A stretch of 64,000 nucleotides of DNA from Octopus vulgaris. Its lineage: Eukaryota. Position 1 is the stretch's first letter, and each line of letters starts with the position of its first letter. The notes below the pieces were generated by a model, which was not told the DNA's origin, did no database searches, and saw only the letters and a list, made by a program, of their open reading frames with translations. Of this stretch, positions 27,570 through 40,026 are shown one piece after another. Made by a program: the position numbers and the translations under genes. Location: NCBI GenBank assembly GCA_951406725.2, contig OX597817.1, positions 146,134,001 through 146,198,000 on the forward strand. Reading direction: 5' to 3'.

Positions 27570-28214
27570 CTTGGAATAATTCTGAAATAAACAAATACAA
27601 TACAAAACAAGTTATTTTATTGCTAGAAGCATATAAAGCAATTAAAATCAACAATATTCATATGCTGCGTACATACTACAAGTGTCTACTGTTCAGATAT
27701 TCTCTTGTTCTAAGTGTCTTGATGCTTGTGAGCAAATGAAAAGACATATTATGTCATTTGGGTGTTGTATGTATAATTAACATGTTTGCATTTGTGTGGA
27801 ATCAGTGTTATATAACAAGCACTAAATACCCCCCAAATAGCTTCTATCAGCTAGTAGTCAAATAGCATACCCATTTTGATTCTACATCACATTTCAAAGG
27901 TTTGTTCTGTAAGGTAAAAAAAATTCTATTAATAACATATGTACCACATTTTCCAGCTGTGATGCACAGATTACATCTTGAGATACATAGTCTGCAATAA
28001 ATTTTATCACTGCTAGATAAAGGTGATCTATGTTCTAAAATGCTTCAGCTGTAATCATCCCCACCTTTAACATAAAAAAAAAAGTAGTGCATCGAGGATT
28101 ACATTATCTAATGTGTCCTTTGAAATAGAATATGATTTTGAGACTTCGCTGCTATTTCTTGTAAGCTGAATGATGTTGAGTTGCAGACCCAATCAAATAA
28201 TTTGGATATACCTA

Positions 28215-29083
28215 TGAGGTGGGATCAAAAGGTTACTGGACTAGTTATGGTTAATAAAAAAAATTATTATTTACTTAAGTTTTAACATCATTTCTTTCGA
28301 AATAGCAATACACTGGTCCCAGCATCCCTGCCACTTTTGGAATTCATTTTCCATAAGTTGAAGATCTTCTGCGACTTGCTCTTCATATTGACAACAGCAT
28401 TAATATGGCAACCTTTGAGTGACATTTTCATCTTGGGGAAGAGATGGAAGTCAGCAAATGCTAAATCTGGCAAATAGGGCAGAAGCAATGTAGTTTTTGG
28501 CGAGAAACTCACAACTGAGGAGAGCTCGGTGACAGGGTGCATTGTCAGGAAGAATCCAATTCTTTGCGCTCCACAGATCCAGTTGCTTTTGCCTAATGTC
28601 CTCTCTCAAATGCTTCAAAACGTTACAGTAAAACTCTCAATTGACAATCTGGCCCTGGAGGATGAATTCTCAATGCACAATACCACATTTCTGGAGGTGA
28701 CACATGTGGCATGTCTTCCAGATCGTTGATCATCTTCCAAGGATATTCTTCCACTTTTGAAGTGCCCATGCCACTCAAAATATTGCATATGACCCATCGC
28801 CTTATCGCCATAAGCTTGCTGAAGCATGCTCAATGTCTCAGTAGCATACTTCCCGAGTTAAATGCAGAATTTCATGTTGGCTCTTTGTTCCTGTCCACGA
28901 CAAAATCGCAAACTACAGCATACATGTGATCACAAAAACACAACTTGCGAAGTAAACACAGCGATGTCACTTGGTATACTGCCTCATGAAGGGGACTGCT
29001 AGCTCCTACTGCACACACAACGATGTGCTGCCACCTATTGGCACGTGACAGAACTAGTCCGGGAACTTTTTGATACCACCTCA
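28215..29083 (-). mobile_element. Internally deleted mariner (869 bp)
   Basis: TA TSD, ~31-bp TIR (TGAGGTGGTATCAAAAAGTTCCCGGACTAGT). Transposase remnants FEWHGHFKSGRISLEDDQRSGR, DNAP and YLPDLAFADFHLFPKMK. Confidence 0.9.
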
Positions 29084-31512
29084 TAAAGTAACTAATTGTT
29101 CTTCAAGAGAATTGGTTTAGGTTGACCACCATATTAAACTCTTTGGTTTCATTATTTTAATACCTACTCTCTAATTCTGATGCAAGATGGACAGTTCTGT
29201 AATATAAAATTTATTCTGAATTATAGCATTCATGTTATTCAATTACTACTTCATCTTGAATTTATTTAGTATACATCACCATCAATTTACAAGACATTTT
29301 CACCCAGCATGCATTAGTCACCTGTATAGCCGCAAACATGTAATCATCTATGTTGTTTGCAATAAACTAATAGTTTCAATAACCAGTCACTTTCTCAACT
29401 CAAAACTTCTTCATATTCACATGACACACCCAGCAGAATCTATTAATTAGTCTTTTTTTCTTTCTTAACCCTTTAGCATTTAAACTGGCCATATCCAGCC
29501 CAAATAATCTGTTTTATCTTCAAATTAGCCAGATCTGGTCTAAATAAACATTACATTTAACAGACAACTCCTTCATACCAGTAACTTCAAATTGGTTAAT
29601 ATCCTAGATTAATGTGCTCCACTAGGCTGACCCATTGATGACTTATTCAGAATGAAATTGGAAGAAAAAGAGAGAGAAAAAGCCACTCAATAGCACATAT
29701 GTAGAATCAACATTTTGTAAAATAAGTGTTCTGAGCAATGTATGGTGTTCAGCTCAATACCAATTCACTTATTTACTTTGTTTATCTTGCTGCATCATGG
29801 GCCCTTGTCTTCTGTCGGTCTGCCAAAGCAACTGACACCACATATTTTGTGCACTATCAACTTGGTACAGAATTCTTGTCTACTGCTTTCCTGCGCATGA
29901 AAGACAGCTATTTCACTTATATATTGTTAGCTTCAGATGGGTGTTACTAACTACTAATGAACTAGCTACCAGCACTTATGATTTTAAAATTACAACTGAC
30001 ATTCCATAATCACCCAGCAGTTTATGAAATAAAGTAACATCGCAAGCAACCAATGTCTTTTCCTTCTGATTCTCTGCTAGAGTGCTTTCAAGCTTTTGTA
30101 CGTCAGTGCTACCACTGATGAACTCGGCTTTGAAAATGTTTCCCTTCTCCATATGTTTTGAGAAAGAAAAAGAAGAAAGCAGAACTTCTTTTGTTCAATG
30201 GTTTATTTCTCTATTTTCTTTCACTATACCAATTAGCGTGTGTTCCTTTTTAAATATTTGTGTGGTTTAATGTGTTTATCTTCAATTTTTACGGAAATTA
30301 CTGAAGATGAAGAGGACATATAATGAAATTATATTGAACCTTGAAACACAAGACATATTTCTGTTCACTGATAACATGTCCAACTCATATTCTAATTCTG
30401 TGTTTAAAGTGTCTACATTTATTTCAATATAGTCAAATTATAAATATTGCACTTGGTTTAAACATCTTATTTCTAAATCACACCCATTCATAATGCCCCC
30501 AAGTGACTTCAGAATTCCCTCACGACAATACTACCATCCTGGTTAAGGTTCACTGTTCTACAACAAACAACTGCGGTTATCAAGATTTTGAACATTATAC
30601 AGCCCAACTTGTGAAGATCATACTAAATAATCAGCTGCTCAAAAGAGGATATAATTAATTTGTTGTCAAAGGAATGTTGGTGCATATTAAACGTTAAAAC
30701 AGTCATTTATGACCTATACTTTGCAGGCAGAAGAAACAAAATGTTGTGTTTTTTTTAATGTTTTCGGCAGAGGCAATGCCTCAGAACTGAAAGTAGTACA
30801 GTAATTATTATATTATAGACTGAAAATCAGTCATTGTGAGTTACAAAATATCCAATGATTGTAAAAACAATGAGGTGAGATTCAGTGAAGATAATGATGT
30901 AGTTTTTGGCCAACAAAAATTCATAATACTTATTTTATCAATCTCTATTGACTGAATTGGTTACTACTAGCATGAAGGGATGCAACTCAATAAAATGGTT
31001 ACCATTCTACATGGTTATTTACAAACAAAATTTGCCTTGTATCTACATAAGTGCGTAGCATGCATAAACATCTAATGATGGCTACTAAACAAAAATTTCT
31101 AAGTAACTGTCCAACCATCCCTTTGTAAAAATAAAAATAATGAATCATATTCGTTCTTGACAGATTCAAAAGTGAATATCTGATCGACGTTGTTTATTCA
31201 GTCCGGTGAAGAAGCTTTGACTAAGGATTCACATAAAAATACAAACTTCAAAGTCTTCTTACATCATGTGAACCAGTGATCATAAGTGTTATGAACACAC
31301 CATTTAAAGGGAGGAGGCATTCTCAATGATGAACAACAGAGATCAAATATTCAAATTTGAATCTACTAGAATGTATTAAGAACGAATAATATATATAAGC
31401 TTTCAGCACAATTCCTGTTCATCAAATTCTACTCATCAAAATAAATTCACTAGAATACCACAATCATTATTAGCCACTTCAAGATTTTGAGATAATTTAG
31501 GTGACAGACTAT

Positions 31513-32290
31513 AAAGGATGTTCAGGCTAAATCTGACAGTTTGTGTGAAAACAAAATATCCTATCCAAAAATAAAAGTATTAAAAAAAAATATTAACTAG
31601 ATTTTGGCTGGGAGATAACAGTTTAGTTTCCACCATAACCTCAAAATGCCTCCAAAACCTAGCAGATGTATTCTTCACTGTGGGCTGGGGAGATCTTCAA
31701 ACACCTTGATCTTGGCTACCAGCTCAGTCTCAGTGTTACAGGCAGTTGGTGTTTTTTCTAACTGCACTCCACACATAGTAATCCATTGGATTTCTGTCAG
31801 GGGACTTAAGAGGCTAGAAATTGGGGATGGTGAAGTTGTAGAAATTCTCCAACAAACATTTCTGGAGTTATGGTAAGGACCTGAATCCTGCTGTCATACA
31901 TGACTTTCCAGCAGTAACCCCCTCCAGCCAGAGATTGATCATAGTTTCCAGCAGATTCACATAGCCATCTGAATTGAGCTTAAGGCTTTGTTCAAAGATG
32001 TGAGGTGGCATGATATTACCCTCAATGGAAACACACCCAAAGACCATCACCTTCCTGCTGATTATGGCTTCTTAGTCTCCATTGCAGCTGCTCATGGTCA
32101 TGTCTTACAGCCTTTACAGTGCTCACAGAGCAGCAGTCATGATGTTGGCATTTTGAAATGCAGTGTGAATTATCATGATGCAGGTAACACTTTTCCAATA
32201 TTCAGATGGCTTCCAATCCATCATGTTAGCTAACTTTTTCTCAACTACAACTTTAATCTTTATGTTCTTCAATACATCACTGTTCCTGAA
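31513..32290 (-). mobile_element. Tc1/mariner DD37D (maT-like) transposase relic
   Basis: MVFGCVSIEGNIMPPHIFEQSLKLN...NPMDYYVWSAV motifs, with frameshifts. Ends approximate. Confidence 0.75.
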
Positions 32291-34809
32291 AAACAAGGAG
32301 ACATATAATATCGTCTAATTTAACCCAAAATTCTATAATTGTGTTAGAGAAATAACTATTAGGAAGAAAAAAGGCAACTAGAAAGTATATATAACTGAAA
32401 GGGTGTTCAAACTTTTAAATCATGTGAAAAAATGGTTTTTCATCATTTGGAAAGACAGTAGTGATCTATCTTATAGGAAAATTTACCCAATATGTATGGG
32501 TGGCTTGAACAATTTAAATCTTTCCAAAAGAGAATTCAAGCCAATCCATCAGATGATAACTCATTAGTAACTTAGTTTTTAATAATGAGCAGCCTAACAT
32601 AGACATTCCCTTACACTAGGAAATGAAGGATTAAAAAAATATTTTTTACAGAGAGAAATAAAGATGGTTAAGAAGTTTGCTTTGCAACCTTGTGGTTTTG
32701 AGTTTGATCCCTTTTCCCAGTACCTTAGTTTTGGGTGAGACCAACACTTTTTGGATATGATTTGGAACGCAAAAAATGTCACATCTTTCACCAATGTATA
32801 TGGTAAATATGAGGGATCAAACTGAAAATCAAGAGTTCTTCAAAACCAGTCCATTACACTATGTTTTGTACGAAGTTACTGACAATCCGTTGTCACTTTT
32901 GCAGTCACAAACACAGTGAACCTGTGATTGGAACATTAGAAACCTGTAACCTATGATGCTATCATTCACAAATGCAATGTAAAATAAATGACTCTTCGAA
33001 CATCATCATCATGTTCACTTTTCTATGCTTGCATGAGTGAAATGAATTTGCTGGTGCAGATTCTCTATGGCGAGATGCTCTTCTTGTTGCCAAGAATATA
33101 AACATTAATATTTCCCATGGTTAGACATATTTTTTATGGAAGATTGGAAAGGAACAACCTTGCTATGATGATGCTCATTTACAACTACCATGTGGTGCCA
33201 AGACAAGGGTTTTACATACACACACACCAGGCTTCCATACAGTTTTCATTTACCAAATCCACTCACAAGGTCTGGTTGGCTTGCAGGTTATAGAAGAAGA
33301 CACTTGTCCAAGGTGCACACAATAGGCATAAACCCAAAGCCACATGGTTGGGAAGCAAGCTTTTTAACCACACAGCCACACCCGCACCTACTGACATATT
33401 TTGCTATCCGATACATTTCAGGATGATAAACTTACTGGAAATGTAAACTATTGAAATTCTTTGCCAGTGTGTACAACTTTGTTTTACCAATTCAAATAAT
33501 CATAATTATGGATGGCAAGCAGACACTTTGTAAAGGGGTATTTTAAACAATATTTAATCATACAGAACCAGATTAGTATTTACAGCAATGTAATGTTAAT
33601 ATAGAACTGATTTATCCATTTGTAGTCACAATAACAAAATTATTGCCATATTTTCAGAAAAGTGAATTGCAAGCTGGGGAATGGAACACTTTGGAAGAAT
33701 TTTTTAGAGAGTCACTCATGATGCTAAATGTTAATTTGAGTTCAGCAGTAAAAGTATTGAAGAGCTGATTTGATATCAAGATCTTGGCTTCCAAATCTTT
33801 TGCTTCAATCTTTCTAATATTTTAAGAAATAACACAAGAGTCCAAGGGTGGGTTTTATATGAAATGAATCTGATTGATTTGCTTCTCACTGCACAATCTT
33901 TCGACAAGGAAGTTTGAATTATGAAGGGGAAAAGTCAACAATATTAATTGAGTTGGCCTTCTTTGGGTTCCACAGGACAATTAGATCAGAACTTAATACT
34001 ATCACTACAAAAAATATATATATATCTGCAGAAATTGTACATCAGGATACTGAGTATATTGATAAACTAAAATTATGAAAATATTATATGCATGGAAGAA
34101 ACTAGCAGTATAATTAGCTATTAAAAACCATGGACTGTTTAGTTGACATGCTAAAAGTTGTACATATGTAATGAAAGTAAGGGATGGGAGAAGTTTGAGG
34201 AATCATTATTCTTTTTTTGCAACTAAGACTTTTACTCTCTATATACAAAAAGATAACACGAAACAAGGGCAAACAATTTGATACTGTATGACAGGAAATA
34301 CAGAAGATATACTGCAATAAGGAATCAGTGAATAATAGTTAGCTAAATGCGCAATATGAAGAGAGATGGAGTACAAAACCAGCTAAGAAGGTAACATAGT
34401 ATTAAAACATTTAGTTAATGTGTAATAGAAAGAGGACTACACTGATTTGGACATGTAATACAAACTGACGAGATATGTTGTAAGTAGAAGAGCATATATG
34501 CTACAGAACTTTAGAAATGTTGAGGGGAATTTAGTTAAAGTGGATCTTAAGTTAGCTGTTAAAGGACTGGAGGTAAGAGAATCAGGCTTGTTTGTTGCTA
34601 CAAATATTCTTTAATTCCAGATACCAATTACTCTAGGAAATTAAATTAGTACAGATTTATCAGTTAGTTACTGGAGATAGACTGATCTCATGGCCTTGAT
34701 AACACCACCAATAAACAATATTATTAACTCGCTTACTAGCTTCATCAATAACAACAACCTAAGAAATTTGGTTAATGTTAAAGTCTAATTATATAATAAT
34801 TCTCTTGCA

Positions 34810-34843
<34 letters not shown>

Positions 34844-34850
34844 AACTTAC

Positions 34851-34910
34851 TATTTTTCAACAGGAAGTAAAATGCCCTTCTGATTATGATTATCCAATAT
34901 CACCAATATT
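34851..34910 (-). other. Candidate 5' UTR exon with a NAGNAG acceptor
   Basis: ttttAGcAG acceptor and ATA|GTAAGT donor. No ATG, and an in-frame stop upstream of the 27569 ATG. Confidence 0.45.
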
Positions 34911-36399
34911 CTGCTAAAACAGACAGCTAAATAATATTCAGCTGACTAATACGACCAAAAAATAGATCGGGTTTGATTTTGGTATATAAAAAGTGAAACC
35001 AATGTCAAAATTGCATAACAGAGCAAGATTTTTATTTATTTATTTATTTATTTTACGAACAAGAAAGGAGTGTGTGCCAATGAGATGACCAGAAAGAATC
35101 AAATTTAAAAAATGAATATAGTGATATGCCATCACCGGAGTAAATCTATTTAGGCTCAAAGACTGCTTTATTTATTTCTTTTGTGAGCACACTATTTTGA
35201 CGAAATGCCGACATGTGTGTTTATATGCGTAAGACAGACATTTAAACATGTTTGTTTGTTTTTCCAGTTAATAAATTCCGAATACAAATATCTTAAAATT
35301 CGTGAAATACACGAAGATTAAATTAATATCAAAACAATGTTTTTTAAAATTTAATTTAGATCCTATTTCTTTATAGTGATGGATAATCAATCTTGAAATC
35401 GTATGCAGTATTTGTGTTTATACGTATTAACAAAACAGAGACAGTAATTAAAAATTAAAACTTTCACTGCTCCAATTAGTTTTTCATACGTTTAATACTA
35501 AATACATTAATATGTTTATTACAAAACTAAACCAGAAATGATGAAAACAAATGGACATATTTTCGTAAGACATGTCAATCAACTACAGTTATAAACATTA
35601 CAAGTTATTATTATTATTATTATAAGAAGACAGGTAATAAAACTTTTAAAATGTAGTAACAAGTTGTAAAGTGAATAGTCGAAAAGAATCAGCCGTTTAT
35701 CAAGAAACTTAACTTTTAATCAAGCAACCAGCTGCTATTAAAGCAAAATATTCCTAGAACCTTTTAAAAAATTAAAAGGCTTTTATTTGCATTATCAGAA
35801 ATGGTGGACAAATAAAAGAACGTGGATGCAATGTAAAAGATACAAAAACAACAGTAACTAAATAATAATAATAAATAATAAATAATAATAACCACAACAA
35901 CTAGTAATAATAACTATGCCAACAATGACAACTAATGCAGATACTGCTAAATCAAAAACAACACACCGTTTTCGTTAGAAAAAGCAAAAGTAGAAACACC
36001 GTATAATATAGATAGATCGTGTTTTTATTAATCCTTGTGCAGTAACAAAGGACGATGAAACGAAATCAGAGGAGTGACAGCGAGAAAGACAACAACAATA
36101 AAAGAGCAGGCTTCTGGAGAAGAAGAAGATGGAAATTTAAGCAAAGGGTGAGAGAAAAAAGAAGAGAGAGGGGGGAAAAAAGAAAAAGCCATGAGTGGTA
36201 GCAGCGATAGCGGTGGTGGTAGTGCATTAAAATGTGAGCAAAGAGGAGATAATATCCCGAGCTGACGATATACAAGACATTGTAGCAGGAGCAAAGAACT
36301 ACAACTGAAGACAGATGAAGAAACGATATTTACAAAAACAATACCTGAATACCAGTACATTGGACTCTGACAATTTTCTACCGGTGGTTTTTGAACAGG

Positions 36400-36610
36400 T
36401 CAAAGGCTGTTGCTTTAGTGCCTTCACATGGCTATTTATAGCAGTAGTTGATTTCTTTGTTGTAACCGATGTTCACAGAAATTTTCAGCCTAACAGCAAG
36501 GACTGCCTAGCAAAGGGACACTGACAATTGTCTGCCTGTCTGCCTGCTTGCCTGACCGGCTGTCTGCCTACATCATTGATTGGCTACATTCCACACTTCT
36601 TTTATATAGC
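36400..36610 (-). promoter_or_regulatory. Probable promoter of the minus-strand gene
   Basis: Minus-strand TATAAATAG at 36432-36440 and AGCCAATCA (NF-Y box) around 36579-36583. Repeat-poor, CpG-retaining region at 35-36.6 kb, with a pyrimidine-rich leader downstream. Confidence 0.5.
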
Positions 36611-38795
36611 AACAAAGGCCAACACTCAGATAAAGTGAATATTTTTCAAATAAGAATATAAATAAAATAACAAATTTTCAGTTCTGTCCTTAAATATTTT
36701 TAATAAATGAAAAATTAATTTCGTATCTTATTTTTTTTTTTAAATAAAATTCTCAATACGAATCAAATTTTAACTGATTGAATTTTAAAGGAAGGGGAGG
36801 AGGAAAAAACCTAAGAATTCAATATTGATGCATATTTATTTTCTCCAAAATTAATCTAGAGAATCTGTAGTTCTAGGTTGATTTTGTAAATAAATCTAGG
36901 AGGAATTATATATATATATATATAAAAGTATATGGGGGGGGAAAACTATACAAGGGGAATTTTTGTGTGGCTAGAATTCAAAAGATGCATGACTGCAACA
37001 TTTCTTGCTTGGTTGCTTTTTTTTTTTCACTGTTAGACGTATTTTCAATTAAATATTTGAATAACATTTGTTTATTTTACTAAGATCTTCCATAATTCCT
37101 ATCTTAATTAAATACAACTATAAATAATATTTACAAAATGAAAATGACAATACAACTTCATTAAAGAAACCAATCTGATAGGCCAAATTATACTCGTGAA
37201 TATAAAGGATTATATGATTTAAAGTATTGAAATGTGTGTGGATAAAATTCTGGTTTAATTAAGCAAAAGGGTTAGTTGAAAAAGAATCAGAACGGAAACA
37301 AATCCTATTCTGAACATTCTAGTTAGTAGTTGTAAAATTTTTGGACCCACACCATCAATAATGGCAATATAACCAACAAATGCCAAAGAGCACTCACTGG
37401 CTAACAGGCTGAGACAAAGCACAAAGAGCAATAACTGTGATCTGGTCATCTATAAAAGATTACGGACTGTAGCAATGGATCACTAAAATAGGAAGAGAGA
37501 GAGAACACTTACTACCTAGTTAGCAGTATATTATTTGACATAGTAGACTAGTCAATAGTTAGAATTGGTATAAGAAGGAAGAGATATAGAGAGTTTTACA
37601 ATCATACTGAATATATTCTCTCTTTACATAAGGCTAACCTGATACATTAAATTAAATTATATATAGATGCAGGTATGGCTGTGTGGTAAGAAGTTTGCTT
37701 TCCAACTTTCAGATTCAGTCCTATTGTGTGACACCTTGGGCAAGTGTCTTTGGTAGACAGAAACTCAAAGTCGATCATATATATATAATCACCATCATTA
37801 TCATTGAACATCCATTTTACCATGCTGGCAGACAGTTTCAGGAGTTGGCAAGCCAGATGACTGCACCAAGCTCTACTGTCAGTTCTGACATGGTTTCTGC
37901 AGCTGGATGCCCTTCCTAATGCCAACCACTTTACAGAATACACTGGGTACTTCTTATGTGGCACCAGCACCAACAAGGATACCAAGTCACTTGCAAGACA
38001 AAGACGCTTCAACTGAAGGGCAAGTGGTACTGAGAGAGGTGGCTTTTGTGCCAGGTCAAAAGAGATTAGGAGGTAAGAGAAACAGGTGCCTTACAGTAGG
38101 AGATACATGGCTACCTCTGAAGGAAGAAGAGAAGAGACAGAGAAAGCAGATGGTGATGAAGATATGTTGGACGAGATTGGATAGGGTTAGGGGGCAGGAA
38201 AGTTCACGAGAGTGTGAAAGTAGTGGGATATGGTGGGGAGGGGTGTTAAGAAAATGAGTTGTAGAGAGAGACACCCACCAGGAACAAGTTTGTGAGAGTG
38301 TAAAAGAAGACCAGGAGATGGAGCGGGGGGGGGGGCACATAGTGAATGGTGAACACAATCAGGGGGAGGGAAGGGTGTTAGGTAGATGAGTTGCAGGGAA
38401 GAGAGGCATAGATAGAAACAACAAGCCTTAAGAGCCTCATGTTTACTTAGATGGACAGTGTGTGTTTGTGTGTGTGTGTGTGTGTGCGCGCGCACGTGCA
38501 CATGTGCATGAATGCATACATATGTTACTGTTTCCTTGCCTTGACATATTGTTAGTTGTAAACAAGTGATACTGTCGTGCAAGTAGTGTCCTTTGTTCCC
38601 AGTCTTCTGTCATGCCTGATCATAGGGAAATATCACCCTGCCTGGAAACAGGTGATGGTTGGTGACAGGCAGAGCATCCACCCATAGAAAATTTGCCTCA
38701 ATAAATTCCAGCCAACCCATGCAAGCATGGAAAAGTACAGATTAGAATTATGATGATGATTACATGCACACACACACACACACTCTCAGACACAC

Positions 38796-40026
38796 CAAGT
38801 AGTATCAAAAGTTCCCAGATTAGTTATGTTTAATAAAAAAAATAATAGCTTATTTACCCAAGATTTAACATCATCTCCTTCAAAATAGTCACCTTGTGCA
38901 GCAATACACTTGCCCTTGTTTTCCTGCTACTTTTGGAATGCAACCTGGAAGTTGTTTTCCGTAAGTGAGTTGAGGACCTTGTGATTCACTCTGGATCTCA
39001 GCAACAGTGTTAAAACAGTGACCTTTGAGCTGCATTTTAATCTTGGGGAAGGGATGGAAGTCCACATTTGCTAAATTTGGCAAATAGGGCAGGTGTGGAA
39101 GTGATACCATGTTGTTTTTGGTGAGAAACTCACAAGTGAGGAGAGCTTGGTGAAGAATCTAATTCTTCACACTCCACAGACCCAGCAGCTTTCATCGAAC
39201 GCTCTCCCTCGAATGCTTCAAAACATCGCAGTAGAACTCTCAATGCACAATAACACATTTCCAGGGGTGACACTTGTGCCAGATCTTCTGCTTTTGAAGT
39301 GACTGTGCAACTCGAAACATCGTACACAACTCATTGCTTCATCGCTGTTAAGCTTGCAGAAGCATGCTCAACATCTCTGTAGCAGACTTCCTAAGTTTAA
39401 TGCAGAATTTCATGTCGGCTCTTTGTTCCTGTTCATGACAAAATCTTTTTTTTTTTTTAGTGGAAGCACTCCGTCGGTTACGACGACAAGGGTTCCGGTT
39501 GATCCGAATCAACGGAACAGCCTACTCATGAAATTAACGTGTAAGTGGCTGAGCACTCCACAGACACGTGTACCCTTAACGTAGTTCTCAGGGATATTCA
39601 GCGTGACACAGAGAGTGACAAGGCCGGCCCTTTGAAATACAGGTACAACAGAAACAGGAAGTAAGAGTGAGAGAAAGTTGTGGTGAAAGAGTACAGCAGG
39701 GATCACCACCATCCCTGCCGGAGCCTCGTGGAGCTTTTAGGTGTTTTCGCTCAATAAACACTCACAACGCCCGGTCTGGGAATCGAAACCGCGAGTCCGC
39801 TGCCCTAACCACTGGGCCATTGCGCCTCCATGACAAAATCACAGACTATAGCAAACACATGATCACAAAAAAGCCAAATTTCACAACTTGCAAAGTAAAC
39901 ACAGCAATGTCACTTGGCACACTGCCCTATGAAGGTGACTACTAGCTCTTATTGCACATGCAACCATGTGCTGCTATCTGTTGGCTTGCTACAGAACTAG
40001 TCCAGGAACTTTTTGATACCACCTTG
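38796..40026 (-). mobile_element. Second copy of the 28.2-kb mariner derivative, interrupted by a SINE
   Basis: Same TIR (GATACCACC/GTATCAAAA), HLPYLPNLANVDFHPFPKIK motif, colinear with 28215-29083. Confidence 0.85.
39446..39828 (-). mobile_element. Young tRNA-derived SINE with poly(A) tail
   Basis: 12-bp TSD CATGACAAAATC (39434-39445 and 39829-39840). A box TGGCCCAGTGG, B box GGTTTCGATTCC, A-tail, CpG-rich. Confidence 0.92.

Noticed and set aside
30000-30160. Minus-strand 57-codon frame MEKGNIFKAEFISGSTD...
   Set aside because: No convincing splice sites or recognisable homology.
36028-36524. ORFs near the promoter
   Set aside because: Low-complexity translations of pyrimidine-rich leader sequence.
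39770-39828. tRNA gene
   Set aside because: Only a SINE head: incomplete cloverleaf, followed by a SINE body, A-tail and TSD.
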